Positions 29,788 to 41,326 of a DNA stretch of 64,000 nt are shown here, piece by piece. The stretch lies in the NCBI GenBank assembly GCA_963724765.1, contig CAVRVY010000001.1, forward strand, positions 1 through 64,000, given 5' to 3'. The notes beneath the pieces were generated by a model. That model did no database searches, was not told where the DNA came from, and saw only the letters and a list, made by a program, of their open reading frames with translations. Within the stretch, counting starts at the first letter, position 1. Each line of letters opens with the position of its first letter. The position numbers and the translations under genes are program-made. Source of the DNA: an uncultured delta proteobacterium. Its GTDB lineage: Bacteria > Desulfobacterota > Binatia > Binatales > Binataceae.

Positions 29788-31074
29788 ATGACCAGAGACG
29801 CACGCGTCGTCACGCACGCTCTGCCCGGACCAACCGACGATCTTCTCGTCAAGCTGGAGGGCATCTATCGAGACATTCACGCCAATCCGGAACTTTCCAT
29901 GCAAGAGCACCGCACGGCTGGCATCGCCGCTGCGTGGTTGCGTGAGCAGGGATATGACGTGACGGAGGGTGTTGGCGGCACGGGAGTTGTCGGATTGCTC
30001 CGCAACGGCGATGCTCCGGTTGTACTACTGCGCGCCGATATGGACGCGCTGCCGATTAAGGAAACCACCGGCCTAGCTTACGCGAGCGACAAGACCGGAA
30101 CCGACCGATTCGGGCAAGCTACATCAATCGCCCATTCCTGCGGGCACGATATGCACGTTGCCTGGTTGATGGGGGCGACACGTATCCTGTCCGAGAATCG
30201 GAGCATGTGGCGCGGAACGGTGATGGCCGTATTCCAGCCAGGCGAGGAAACAGGCCAAGGCGCTCGCGCCATGATCAAGGACGGCATGGTCAAGCGCTTT
30301 CCCAAGCCGGAGGTCACCTTAGCCCAGCATGTAATGCCGCTGTCGGCGGGTCAGATCGGCTGGCGCACCGGGACGATGCTGTCAGCCGGCGATAGTTGGG
30401 AGGTGACGTTGTTCGGCCGGGGTGCGCACGGCTCAATGCCCCAAAAGAGTATCGACCCGGTGGTGATGGCGGCGGCGGCGGTGATGCGTCTGCAGACGGT
30501 GGTGTCACGGGAAGTGGCGATGACCGACTCCGCAGTAGTCACCGTCGGGACCATGAAAGCCGGCATGAATGAAAACGTCATCCCCGACCGGGCGCTGCTT
30601 CGCCTGAACGTTCGCACCTTCAAGGATCAAGTGCGCACTCGGGTGTTGGCCGCGATCAAACGTATCCTGGAGGCAGAAGCGGAGGCTTCTGGCGCTCCAA
30701 AACCTCCGGAATTGTCTGTGCTCAGCGAGTATCCGCTAACCCGCAACGATGAGGCTGCCACTCGAAAGGCGGTAGCCGCTTTCCAACGCGAGTTTGGCGA
30801 CGGTCGGGTGACAGAGATCGCTCCAGCGACGGCGAGCGAGGATTTTGGGCTGTTTGGCGCAGCTTGGGATGTGCCGACTGTGTTCTGGGTGATTGGCGGC
30901 ATTGATCCAACCATCTACGCGAATGCTCAAAAGGCTGGCAAGCTGGACGAACTGCCGGCCAACCATGCTCCCGACTTCGCTCCGGTGCTCCATCCCACTT
31001 TGGAGACTGGCGTCGAAGCGATGCTGGCCGCTGCAGGCGCTTGGATTTGCTCGCCTGCGACGAGCGCAGTTTGA
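29788..31074 (+). CDS. M20 family amidohydrolase (hippurate hydrolase-like)
   Basis: LRADMDALP, HSCGHDMH, FQPGEE, SEDF. Confidence 0.93.
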   Translation: MTRDARVVTHALPGPTDDLLVKLEGIYRDIHANPELSMQEHRTAGIAAAWLREQGYDVTEGVGGTGVVGLLRNGDAPVVLLRADMDALPIKETTGLAYASDKTGTDRFGQATSIAHSCGHDMHVAWLMGATRILSENRSMWRGTVMAVFQPGEETGQGARAMIKDGMVKRFPKPEVTLAQHVMPLSAGQIGWRTGTMLSAGDSWEVTLFGRGAHGSMPQKSIDPVVMAAAAVMRLQTVVSREVAMTDSAVVTVGTMKAGMNENVIPDRALLRLNVRTFKDQVRTRVLAAIKRILEAEAEASGAPKPPELSVLSEYPLTRNDEAATRKAVAAFQREFGDGRVTEIAPATASEDFGLFGAAWDVPTVFWVIGGIDPTIYANAQKAGKLDELPANHAPDFAPVLHPTLETGVEAMLAAAGAWICSPATSAV

Positions 31075-31110
31075 TTATGGCGGCGCCGCGCGGCCTATGC
31101 GGCCTCGACC

Positions 31111-31756
31111 ATGCATAGCGCCTTCTTGCAAAACCTGATGGATGTCCTCGACTGGGTGGGAACGTTCGCATTCGCCTTGAGCGGCGGACTGCTGGGTGTA
31201 CAGAAGCGATTCGACTTGTTCGGCGTCCTCTTTCTGTCGTTCGTGGTGTCGGTCGTTGGCGGGATGATGCGCGACGTTCTGATTGGCGCAGTCCCGCCGG
31301 TCGCAATCGCGGACATTCATTATTTTGCGATCGCGATGATTGGTGGCTTGATCACCTTCTATTTATATCCCAAGGTGGCATCGCTCCAGCGCCAAATACT
31401 GCTGCTCGACGCGGTTGGCCTTGGCTCTGTTTGCGGTCATCGGCGCACAAAAGGCGATAGATCATGGCGTCAATCCATTGATGGCGGCGATCTTAGGCAT
31501 GCTGACCGGAATCGGCGGCGGGATGACCCGTGACGTCCTCGCCGGAGACATCCCGTTTGTTCTGCGAGGCGATCTTTACGCGATTGCGGCGCTGGCCGGT
31601 GGAGCGATCGTATCGATCGGGACCGTCATGGGTGTGCAGCCCGCCTATCCGATGTTGTTGGGCGCCGCTGTGTGTATCTTCCTTCGGCTGATGGCAATCT
31701 ATTTCGGTTGGCGCGCACCTGTCGCCCGCTGGAGCGACGATGGGGAACATGAGTAA
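31111..31756 (+). pseudogene. TRIC/UPF0126 membrane protein, one frameshift
   Basis: FAFALSG...GGMMRDVLIG / GIGGGMTRDVLAG...LYA, split near 31425. Confidence 0.85.
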
Positions 31757-32002
31757 GGCCGCGCGTACTGGCTGTGTAAAATATGGTCGATGAGCGCCGC
31801 GGCGCATTTGGAGCGTAGTTGATGACATACGTCTGGTCACGTGCGGCTTGGACAACTGGCACGAGCTATTCGCTAGGAAATCTGTTCTCAAAAACTCTGA
31901 AGATCGCGAGCGTCCAGACGTAGGAAACCTGATGGCATTGATGCGTCGACGACAAAGCGAGACGCGCAGCACCTATCGTGGGGCCCCGACGTATGACTCA
32001 CC

Positions 32003-33380
32003 TTAGGCTGGGCGTGGTGAGGTTTTTGGCCGCCACATCAATGCGATCTCTTCAAGGGTCTTACCGCGGGTTTCCGGTACCCAACCCACGATGAAAATCA
32101 TCGCTGATATCGCCATTGCTGCATAGAGGAGGAACAATGACGGTCCCATTAGAGAACGCAAAATCGGAAAAGTCAGAGAGACAACAAAGTTCGCCAGCCA
32201 GTTTGCGGCTGTCGCGACGGCCGCTGCTCGCGCGCGAACGCGATTGGGAAAGATTTCCGAAATCATCAGCCACACGATGGGCCCCAGCGAAAAAGCGAAG
32301 CACACGATAAAAACCCCGACGCATGCGACAGTAACCGGCGCGGCCAGTTGCGGGGAGAACTTCAGCGCGGGTCCAAAAAGTTGCGCGCCTCCAAGCATCC
32401 CCAAGCTGAGAGTCATGCCGATCAGCCCCGCGAGTAAAAGCGGCTTACGTCCAACGCGATCAACCAGCCAAATGGCGACGATGGTTGAGAAGACGTTAAC
32501 TACGCCGATCCCACTGGTTGCCGCGAGCGCGGTGGAGGCACTGCTGAGGCCAGCCTGCCGGAAGATTATAGGCGCGTAGTAAATGATCGTATTGATACCC
32601 GTGACTTGCTGGAATACCGCGAGCCCCACTCCCACAATGAGCGCCGGGCGAAGCGAGCGATCCAGCAACTCTGACCATGCGGCTGGTTGCTCGTGGGCAA
32701 GGTCTTTCTCGATTTCACTTTCCTCGATCCCCGCCTCCTTAGGATCGCGAATCTTCAGCAGGACCGAACGCGCCGTCGCCTTGGCGCCGCTCTTCAACAG
32801 CCACCGAGGCGACTCAGGCATAGAAAGCATGCCGAAAAATAGAATCAAGCCCGGCACGGCGCCCAAACCAAGCATCCAGCGCCATGCTTCATGTGGTGCC
32901 AGTGCATGATCGCAAATGTATGAAACGAGGATGCCCACCGTGACCGCGAGCTGAAAAAGAGAAACCAGTCTTCCGCGGACGGCTGCCGGAGCCATCTCTG
33001 CGATGTACATCGGCGCAGTCCCGGAGGTCAGACCGATTGCCACGCCAATCACGAGTCGGGAGACGATCAGCACGGACAGGCCGCTCGCAAACGCAGAGGC
33101 CAGCGCACTCACAACAAACAATGCGCCGGCCCGAATCAGGGTGGGGCGACGTCCAGAATCAATCGGCCAAGGAACCTCCGCCCAATGCTCCGAAGAGCGC
33201 TCCCAGCGTCACCACGCTGACCAGTAACCCTACAGCTGCGGGGCTCAGCGCGAACACAGGAGTTATGAACATGATGGCGCCTGAAATCACTCCGGTATCG
33301 AAACCAAAGAGGAGACCGCCGGTCGCCGCGACAAGGGTAACCATCGCGACGTAAAGAGGAGCTCGAGACTTTGCGGGCAT
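32003..33380 (-). pseudogene. Sugar porter (SP) family MFS transporter, one frameshift near 33160
   Basis: [56 protein letters not shown]. Confidence 0.9.
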
Positions 33381-33920
33381 CGTTTCGGAAGACACGGGCT
33401 GGCTCATCACTGCCTCTTTTTCGGACTGTCTCTAAGTTCTCGACTGTCGCACACTCGAAGGCCTTACGGGTGCGAAAAGAGAGTCCGGGCAGGCCGGTTT
33501 TTACGGAGTCAGAGCGCTGCTGGGAGGAGTGCCGCCGGTCAAATTCCGCTACCACACACTCGCGTGCAAGTCGATGAAGGGACTGGCCTTTCTTTCGCGT
33601 CCAATCGCACGCATCGGGTTGATCGTCGAGCTGGACAGAAATCTCCTCGTCACCACGAAAGACGCCGAAATGGCGGGCAGCCCTGCGATTGAGGAAATCA
33701 CATTCATCGGTGTTTCAGGTCTCAATGGTGAATTTTTGCCCGCTCGCCTTCGCGACAGTGAGGTCTGTGCGCTGGTTAGCTTCCCGTACCTCGCACTCAC
33801 ATGCTAGTTCAAAAACAAGCGGGTGTATTCCGTGGTCTGGTCGTAGCGATCAAATACTTGAGCACGCTCGTTTCCTGGAGAGGTGCGCTGCACTAGCGAG
33901 CGCGGGACAACGGGGTCGGA

Positions 33921-33968
33921 AGTGAGGACAAAATGATTATCCTGGCTGGTGACATCGGCGGTACCCAC
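33921..33968 (+). repeat. 48-bp direct repeat, copy 1 (RBS plus first 12 codons of glk)
   Basis: Identical to 35481-35528. Confidence 0.95.
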
Positions 33969-34119
33969 CGCCGCGATGATGCTGGCGGGCGCGGCGGCTT
34001 GTTTCGCGCTCCGGCCGCTCGCCATGCTGCGCTGCTGGCATCTGATCGCCAGATCGGCGCAAAGGCAGGCGCCGGCGAACGCCGCCGACAGGCAAAGGGA
34101 CGACCGCGGGAGGCGTTGA
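33969..34119 (+). pseudogene. C-terminal fragment of a second TRIC/UPF0126 gene
   Basis: AAMMLAGAAACFALRPLAMLRCWHL resembles PMLLGAAVCIFLRLMAIYFGWRA of the copy at 31.7 kb. Confidence 0.55.
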
Positions 34120-34120
34120 C

Positions 34121-35368
34121 ATGAGTGCGGCCGTACTGATTTGCGGCAAGGTGTTCGACGGGTCATCGGATGTCCTGACCGGCCCCGCGGAGATCTCGTC
34201 GAGCAAAATCGTATCGCGGAAATCGGGCGATCGGTGCGTCGGCCCGCTGACGCATCTACGATCGACCTTTCGGACCGAACAGTGAGCCCCGGATTTATCG
34301 ACACCCACGTGCATCTGACGATGGATGCGGCCAATTTGGCACAGCAAACTCTCGAATCATCAGCGAGCAAAGCTCTAAAGGCTCTCGGTCTCGCGCGTGA
34401 ATACATGAGTTATGGCTTTACGACCGTGCGCGATCTTGGCAGCGCCGATCCTGATTGGCCAACCGTCGATCTTCGCAACGCGCTAAACGCCGGGTTGGTC
34501 GAAGGACCACGGCTGATCGCCGCCGCGCATATCATCAGCGCAAGCGCCGGCCATGGCGACTTGCGCGGATTTTACAACGCCCGCTGGAAGTTGCCGGTTT
34601 CGGCCATTGCCGATGATCAAGGAAGTATTCGGAAGCTGGTGCGGCGTGAGCACATCTTTGGCGGCGATTGGATCAAGACTACGAACACCGGCGGCTACTT
34701 CAGCCCCGGCGATGATCCCGAGCGCGTCACATGGTTCGATGACGAGTTCGCGGTGTTAGCCGCGACCGCCCGCCAGCTCGGCATGCCGCTCGCCGTGCAT
34801 ACGGGCGCTGCCGAGGGTTGCAAACAGGCGATCCGCTTCGGTGCACGCAGCCTTGAGCACGCCTACCTGATCGACACGGAAGGGATCGAGATGGCTGAAC
34901 GGGCCGGGGCTTACATCGTGCCGACGATGCAGATGACTCTGGAAGATCTGCGCGAAATGCAGGCCGGTACGCTACCCAGCCAGGCGGTGTGGAAGTTCCG
35001 GCGTGACAACGAAAGGATCCTGGAATCCCAGCGATTGATTGCGGGAAGCAAAGTGAAGATCGCCTACGGCACCGATTGTGGGATGTTTCCCGTTCAATCA
35101 TGGGATCTTGGAGTTTCAGGCGATGGTCAAGGCAGGATTGAGCTCAATTCGAGCGCTCAAGTCAGCGACCAGCGTCGCGGCGGAGCTGCTTGGCCGCGCT
35201 GATTTAGGGATGCTCGCCCCCGGCATGCTCGCCGATATCGTCGGAATGATCGGCGATCCGCTTGCCGATATCGCCGCCACAGCGAGAGTCGATTTCGTAA
35301 TGAAAGATGGCGCGGTTTATCCCGCTCTCAAGCGTGAATTTAAACCGGAACCGTCGCCGCATTGCTGA
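34121..35368 (+). pseudogene. Metal-dependent amidohydrolase (Xaa-Pro dipeptidase-like), two frameshifts
   Basis: MSAAVLICGKVFDG / PGFIDTHVH, GFTTVRDLG, SLEHA, YGTDCG / LAPGMLADIV. Confidence 0.85.
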
Positions 35369-35480
35369 AAAGTGTTCGCTTCGGTGATAACCGGGCGGAA
35401 CCGCGAGTGCAATTGCGATCAAAGGCTCCTAGCACAGCAGCGCTTCGACAGCGCCTTGGGTGCAGGCACACCCGGCCGAC

Positions 35481-35528
35481 AGTGAGGACAAAATGATTAT
35501 CCTGGCTGGTGACATCGGCGGTACCCAC
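35481..35528 (+). repeat. 48-bp direct repeat, copy 2 (functional glk start)
   Basis: Identical to 33921-33968. Confidence 0.95.
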
Positions 35529-36473
35529 AGTCGAATCGCTTACTTTTCCGTTGCACAGGACGAAATCAAGCCCGTCGCTGAGGAGGTCTATCTCAGCGCC
35601 GACTATACTGGGCTCGCCACGATCGTAACCAAGTTTGTCACGAGTCATCGAGCAGACTGCAAGCACGCGTGCTTTGGTGTTGCCGGTCCGGTGCATGACG
35701 GTCAGGTCAAGGTCACAAATTTGCCCTGGACCGTCGATGCGTCGGCGCTGGCGAGTGAACTCGGCCTCGAGCGAGTCACCCTTATCAACGACTTGGAGGC
35801 GATTGCTTATAGCGTTGACGTACTGAAGCCGCAAGACTTCGTAATTCTGAATGAGGGAGATCCGAAAGCCGCAGGCAACGCGGCGGTAATAGCGGCAGGT
35901 ACCGGATTGGGCGAGGCCGGGCTTTACTGGGATGGTACTCGCCGCGATCCTTTCGCATGCGAGGGTGGCCATACTAACTTTGCGTCCACCAATGACTTGG
36001 AGGACGAATTGCTTCGATACTTGCGCGCGCAATTCGGGCACGTCAGTTGGGAGCGCGTAGTTTCGGGGATGGGATTCGTCAACCTCTACAACTTTCTCCG
36101 TGATACTGGCCACGGTGCAAAGACTGACTTTATCGATTTCGAGGCGACGCAGGAGGATCCCGCGGCTCAGATCTCGCGACACGGACTCGACGGAACGAAC
36201 GGGATGTGCGTGCAGGCGCTAGACATGTTTGTCTCGCTCTATGGTAATGAAGCCGGCAACCTTGCACTCAAGCTCATGGCGACTGGCGGAATTTTCATCG
36301 GAGGTGGGATCGCTCCGAGAATCCTCAAGAAACTTCGCGATTCGAGTTTTCTCACGGCTTTCACCGCGAAGGGGCGAATGAGCAAAGTTCTGAAAGCTAT
36401 TCCGGTTCGGGTAATTCTAAGCGACAAAACCGGCTTACTTGGAGCCGCCCGCTGCGGCGCTCTGAAGGCGTAG
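35493..36473 (+). CDS. glk: Glucokinase
   Basis: ILAGDIGGTH, GVAGPV, LINDLEA, GTGLG, EGGH, ERVVSG. Confidence 0.95.
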   Translation: MIILAGDIGGTHSRIAYFSVAQDEIKPVAEEVYLSADYTGLATIVTKFVTSHRADCKHACFGVAGPVHDGQVKVTNLPWTVDASALASELGLERVTLINDLEAIAYSVDVLKPQDFVILNEGDPKAAGNAAVIAAGTGLGEAGLYWDGTRRDPFACEGGHTNFASTNDLEDELLRYLRAQFGHVSWERVVSGMGFVNLYNFLRDTGHGAKTDFIDFEATQEDPAAQISRHGLDGTNGMCVQALDMFVSLYGNEAGNLALKLMATGGIFIGGGIAPRILKKLRDSSFLTAFTAKGRMSKVLKAIPVRVILSDKTGLLGAARCGALKA

Positions 36474-36567
36474 ACTCTCTTGTCTGAGCAAACTGCCTGC
36501 CTTGCGCCGCAGGCCATCCGCGAGGTCCTAAGAGAGAGCCAACGTCACGGTTTATGCGAGTCAAGTC

Positions 36568-37916
36568 ATGCGCCATTTCGTTCTGAGATCGCCGATCGCG
36601 TGCCTCCTGCTCGGCTTCATACTTCCTATAGCGTCTGCACGCGCGCAAACATTCTCGACCCCCTGGATGCACTCCGCCCAGGGAGATTGGGCGACTCCGT
36701 GGGGTGTGATCGATCCCCGGATTTTGTTTTTCCCCCATCCTGGGGGCAGCTAACAGGTGCCACCGGAAATTGGGGTGGATTGCGCAGTCAGCTCTCCGAG
36801 ACCGGAATCTCTTTTTTCGGGTCGTATGAAAGCGAATCCGCCGGCAACCCGGTCGGAGGAGAGGTGCACAAGTTGCGGTACACGCATAACATTGCGCTCG
36901 GGATCGCAGTGGATCTGCACCAGCTGGTAGGTCTCACCGATACCTACCTGCTTGCGTCCGCTTCGGAACGTACCGGCAATAGTCTGTCGCAGGACATACC
37001 CAACTTTTTCAACGTCCAGCAAATCTACGGCCATCAAACGATACGGCTGGTGGACCTGGCGGTCGAAAAGCTATTGTTCGACAAGAAGCTGGATATCGTT
37101 GGCGGCCGTGTCAACGCACTCGATGACTTCGCGACATCACCACTTTACTGTTTTGCGCAAAACCTTGGCTTCTGCGGAAATCCGCTGAGCATCTCTACAA
37201 ATGCTTCAGTGCCCAGCTACCCCGGGACTGCCTGGGGTATCCGCGCGCGCTACGAGATCTCGAGTCAGCTCTACACGATGACGGGCGCGTATAATACCTA
37301 TCTCCATTTCCGCGACGATAAATTCCACGGCGTTGACTTCAGCATCCGACACAATTCTGGCGTCGCGATCATGGAGGAACTCGGCTATTCGCCCAAGCCG
37401 CTGCGAGACATCGGATATCCTGGGAATTTCAAGCTCGGCGGGCTGTATGACTCAGAGCCAAGGCTGCAATTCGAAAGCGGTCAAATGCGCGGCGGGACTT
37501 GGCAGATTTACGCGACGGCCCAGCAGCGACTGTTACCTCTCCCGACGGGCGCTACGAACCCTCACCAAGGGTTGTGGGGATTCCTGGCACTTACGTATGC
37601 GCCGCCGAAGATGAACCAGCTTGAATATTTCGGAGACACGGGACTTTTGTACTTCGGCCTGATCCCACATCGGCCTAACGATGAGTTAGGCCTGTTTGGA
37701 GTGTGGGGGAAATTTTCAAGCGATCTCCAGGATTCGGAAAGCGCGAGCAATCAGCCGATAATGACGCATGAGGCGATCATCGAGGCCAACTATATGTATA
37801 ATGTAACGCCATCGCTAACGGTACAGCCGGATATTCAAGGCGTGTTCCGACCTAATGGAACTGGCCTGACCAGTGACACGCTCGTACTCGGTGTTCAAGT
37901 CGCAATAACCCTTTAG
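36568..37916 (+). pseudogene. Carbohydrate-selective porin OprB family, frameshift after the signal peptide
   Basis: Signal MRHFVLR...ARAQ in one frame; TGNWGGLRSQL...RPNDELG...VQPDIQGVFRP in another. Confidence 0.85.
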
Positions 37917-38053
37917 AGAATTGAGCGTGACGATCTCAGCGCCGAGCGATTTACCGGTCATGTACGATGTGCGTATCACACGCGGGTCGATTCTTGTTGA
38001 CAGACTCGGAAGCGGGTCCAATCCCCGATGGCGAACGACGATAGCTCCTTAAG

Positions 38054-39667
38054 TTACGGACAGTTTTTGTTTCCAGCGCCGACGAAGGCCAGGAAGGTGA
38101 TGCTTGCTGGCGCGAATTCGACATGATTCGACGCAAGGCGTCTGCCATCGAGACTGGGAAGTTCACCGTCGTCGTCCAACCTGAGCTCATGTCCATTCAA
38201 CTGGAGCCGGGAATCCTCTAGCTTCTGCGCCGTCAAGGTGTAGCGGTCCGCCGACATTGGTAGGTCAATGGATTCCATTTTAGTCCGATTCGTATTGATC
38301 GCTAGCAGCGTCACTCCGCCGGGATGGTCGGGCAAGCAATGCGCGTAGACGTGTAGTCCGGGATGAGATGGCCCGGCATTGAGGACTGTCCGACCCATGA
38401 GTTTGCGCCACAAAAGAGCGGCCCAGTAATTGGGACGTGGCGTGAGTGTGTTTTGATCGATCAGGCCATATTCGCTCGACGCGAGCGTGTTGTGGAAAAC
38501 GACTTTAATGCCACGCTTGGCCATACGACCGTGCTGGTCGAGGTAGCGGAAGGTGTCGAGAAACGTGGATGCCCAGGGATTGCCGCCGCATGCCGCATCG
38601 GCTGTCTCGGTCACCCACACCGGCTTGCCCGGTTCGAAACGGTCGCCGAGAACTCGATAAAAGGCATCTATCTCATCCGGGCGAGCGAGCCACTCTTCCG
38701 ACAGCGCCGCGCCATCGGTCGTGCCAGCTATCCCACCGCCGAGAGATGCGCAGCGCTCGGAAGCGGCCGCATAGGAATGGTAGGAGAATACGTCGAATTC
38801 CGGCCTCGGGGTAGCAGCAAATATGTCCGCTGTTTTGATCAGCGGGCCCGGCATGAGCTTAATCCCTTCCCCGACAGACCCGGGACCGACGATTAACATG
38901 TCGGGGGCAGTCGCCCTGGCGAACGCCTGAAAGACGGAAAAGTCCCGTGCATAAGACGCGGCGTCATAGCCTGGAGGGGCGCCCCCCATAGCCGCAAAAG
39001 ATGGCTCATTGAAGAATTCCGCCGCAACGATTTCGCCGCCGACGGACTTCGTATAGGCGAGAAATCTTCGTGCCTGATCGGGCGTCCAGACGCCGGTCGA
39101 GTCGCGAACGCCCTGGCTTATGGAGAACGATGTTACTAGCTTCGCGTTCACCGCTTTTGAAAAATCGATGACGCCCGCCCATTCGCGGCGCGTCAAAATA
39201 CCCTGGAAGCCTTGGGGCGGGGTCGTGAGGGCAGCGTCGTCCGAATCCTCGAAATATACGGAGTTCGCCCACGTGCCGCTCACGCGCACGTATGTGGGCG
39301 CAAGTGCGGCGGCCAGCTTGCGTAAGCGCGCGTTCGAGAGGTCAACCGGTGGTCGGGCCTCGAAGATAGCCGCGTCTTGGCCTATTTGGAGAGCCGCTGC
39401 GCCACTCGATTTGGATGCCGTAGCTGCAGTCTTGGCCTTTGGGGCAGTTTCGCGCTGGCTCTTGTAAGGCTTCCAGAATTTGGCGCCGATAACCTCGGCC
39501 ATCTCAACGTTGTACGACTGGTAACGGTCATCTACCGAGGCGACACGCGGCATTGTAGCAGGCACCAGGGAGACGGAAGCTGCATTTGTGGAGCTTGCGG
39601 AACCCGCTGCTGCGAGGGCGGCGACCAGCACCAATGCCCAAAACCTATCAGAGCAGTCGTTCTTCAT
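38054..39667 (-). CDS. Secreted GH79-like glycoside hydrolase (beta-glucuronidase/heparanase-like)
   Basis: Signal peptide; YVRVSGT, acid/base FNEP, nucleophile WVTET, FRYLDQHG, PRPNYW. Confidence 0.8.
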   Translation of the reverse strand: MKNDCSDRFWALVLVAALAAAGSASSTNAASVSLVPATMPRVASVDDRYQSYNVEMAEVIGAKFWKPYKSQRETAPKAKTAATASKSSGAAALQIGQDAAIFEARPPVDLSNARLRKLAAALAPTYVRVSGTWANSVYFEDSDDAALTTPPQGFQGILTRREWAGVIDFSKAVNAKLVTSFSISQGVRDSTGVWTPDQARRFLAYTKSVGGEIVAAEFFNEPSFAAMGGAPPGYDAASYARDFSVFQAFARATAPDMLIVGPGSVGEGIKLMPGPLIKTADIFAATPRPEFDVFSYHSYAAASERCASLGGGIAGTTDGAALSEEWLARPDEIDAFYRVLGDRFEPGKPVWVTETADAACGGNPWASTFLDTFRYLDQHGRMAKRGIKVVFHNTLASSEYGLIDQNTLTPRPNYWAALLWRKLMGRTVLNAGPSHPGLHVYAHCLPDHPGGVTLLAINTNRTKMESIDLPMSADRYTLTAQKLEDSRLQLNGHELRLDDDGELPSLDGRRLASNHVEFAPASITFLAFVGAGNKNCP

Positions 39668-39989
39668 TTTCTGCCCACGCTTGAAGCGAGCGGTTGTACT
39701 CTTGGGCGGCTGGATCTCTCGAAGACGAAGGTCAGCGGACCTTCGAGAGATTCAATAGACCCCGAGAAGACGCAACGGATGCCTTCTCTTTATCTCGGAG
39801 ACGAGATTCACGGAAGAGCCGATTGGGCAGAGAAAGCGTACACCGCTTTGGCCGATCGACTGTAGATCTCTTGCGGTTTGCCGTATTCGGCACAGAGTGG
39901 TAGCTAATCATGCATTGGCTGTCCCAAGTACGAGCCTCGATGCCTGAAGGATTGTGAAAGGGCCTTCGGTCAAAGTGACGACGGTCTTT

Positions 39990-40035
39990 TCCACCTCTGC
40001 CGCATCCACCTCTGCCGCATCCACCTCTGCCGCAT
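39990..40035. repeat. Tandem repeat, 3 x 15 bp
   Basis: (CCACCTCTGCCGCAT)3. Confidence 0.95.
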
Positions 40036-40079
40036 TGCCGGCATCGCGCGCTTCGCGAAAACGGAGGAAGACAGGTTCA

Positions 40080-40646
40080 ATGAGCACCACGCGAAAAATA
40101 GCAGTGTTCGTCGGAAGCCTCCGCAAAGGCTCATATAATCGCATGACCGCCAAAGTTCTAGCGGCGCTTGCGCCTGAGGGACTTGAGCTCGAAATTGTCG
40201 AGATTGGACAGCTTCCCCTATACAACCAGGACAGCGACGATGAAGGAAGGCCCGCTCCAGCATGGGTTGCGTTCCGCGAAAAGGTCAAGGCAGCTGACGC
40301 CGTTTTGTTCGTGACGCCGGAATACAATCGATCGGTTCCAGGGGTGCTCAAAAATGCGATCGATGTAGGCTCTCGTCCGTACGGACATAGTGCCTGGGAG
40401 GGCAAGCCTGGTGCCGTGATCAGCGTGTCGCTGGGTGCGATCGGCGGTTTCGGCGCAAATCAACACCTGCGGCAGTCATGTGTATTCCTGAACGTCCCCA
40501 CAATGCAGCAGCCGGAGGCCTATATCGCACGTGCCGCAACTCTCTTCGACAAAGAAGGAAATATCACGAACGAGAGCACACGAAAGTTCTTGAAAGGTTT
40601 CATCGACGCCTTCGCTGAGTGGGTCGACGTTCTCATTGCCCATTGA
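40080..40646 (+). CDS. NADPH-dependent FMN reductase (ChrR/SsuE family)
   Basis: GSLRKGSYN, TPEYNRSVPGVLKNAID. Confidence 0.93.
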   Translation: MSTTRKIAVFVGSLRKGSYNRMTAKVLAALAPEGLELEIVEIGQLPLYNQDSDDEGRPAPAWVAFREKVKAADAVLFVTPEYNRSVPGVLKNAIDVGSRPYGHSAWEGKPGAVISVSLGAIGGFGANQHLRQSCVFLNVPTMQQPEAYIARAATLFDKEGNITNESTRKFLKGFIDAFAEWVDVLIAH

Positions 40647-40705
40647 ATCGCATCATGCGCCATCTCGCGCGCGGAAACGAATAAATACTACAGGAGGAAT
40701 CTAAC

Positions 40706-41291
40706 ATGAGTAACCCGGCTGTATCTAATAAAAGGCTTAGTTCGCAACTTGAGATTGATTACCCTGATTTCTCGAAATTGCCTGAGCCAGTGAAGCAAAA
40801 ATACGAAAGCTTACCTACAGTAGTGAACATTTTCCGAATGCTGGGTTACAGCTCAGGTACCTTCGTGGAAATCATAAATCTAACCAATGCCATATTCAAG
40901 AAACTTAAACTATCCGACTACCACAAAGAGCTTCTTGTTCTGCAGGTGGCTGCGCATGAAGGCAATGTCTATGAATGGGAGCAACATGTTTCCATTTCTC
41001 AAGCGGCAGGCGTTCGCGCAGATCAATTCATTGCCATTGCTGAACAACGCTTTGAGGACGGTGAAGCATTTGTGCTGCGTGAACGTATTCTGTTGAATTT
41101 TGGAAAGATAATACTCCAACAAGGCAAAGCGCCGACAGTTGTGTTTCAAGCACACGCTTGAGCACTTCACGATTGAAGAATTGTCTGACGCCATGATTGT
41201 CATTGGCTATTACAAATTATTATCAATTTACACCCAGACCTTCAAAGTTCCGATTGATCCGCAAGAGGACGGAAGCTGGGTTAAAGGGTAA
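40706..41291 (+). pseudogene. CMD/AhpD-like protein, frameshifted, low GC
   Basis: NIFRMLG...KELLVLQVA...YEWEQH; C-terminus in shifted frames. Confidence 0.7.
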
Positions 41292-41326
41292 GGACACAAC
41301 AGTTCCTAGTAAAGGAGGAATTAGCT

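Noticed and set aside
33420-33900. Possible gene between the sugar porter and the glk repeat
   Set aside because: No recognisable motif or clean reading frame in any of the six frames.
39700-39865. Leucine-rich-repeat-like fragment (LGRLDLSKTKVSG)
   Set aside because: A single unit with no start codon or supporting context.
39990-40035. Possible CRISPR array
   Set aside because: 15-bp units with no spacers and no cas genes.
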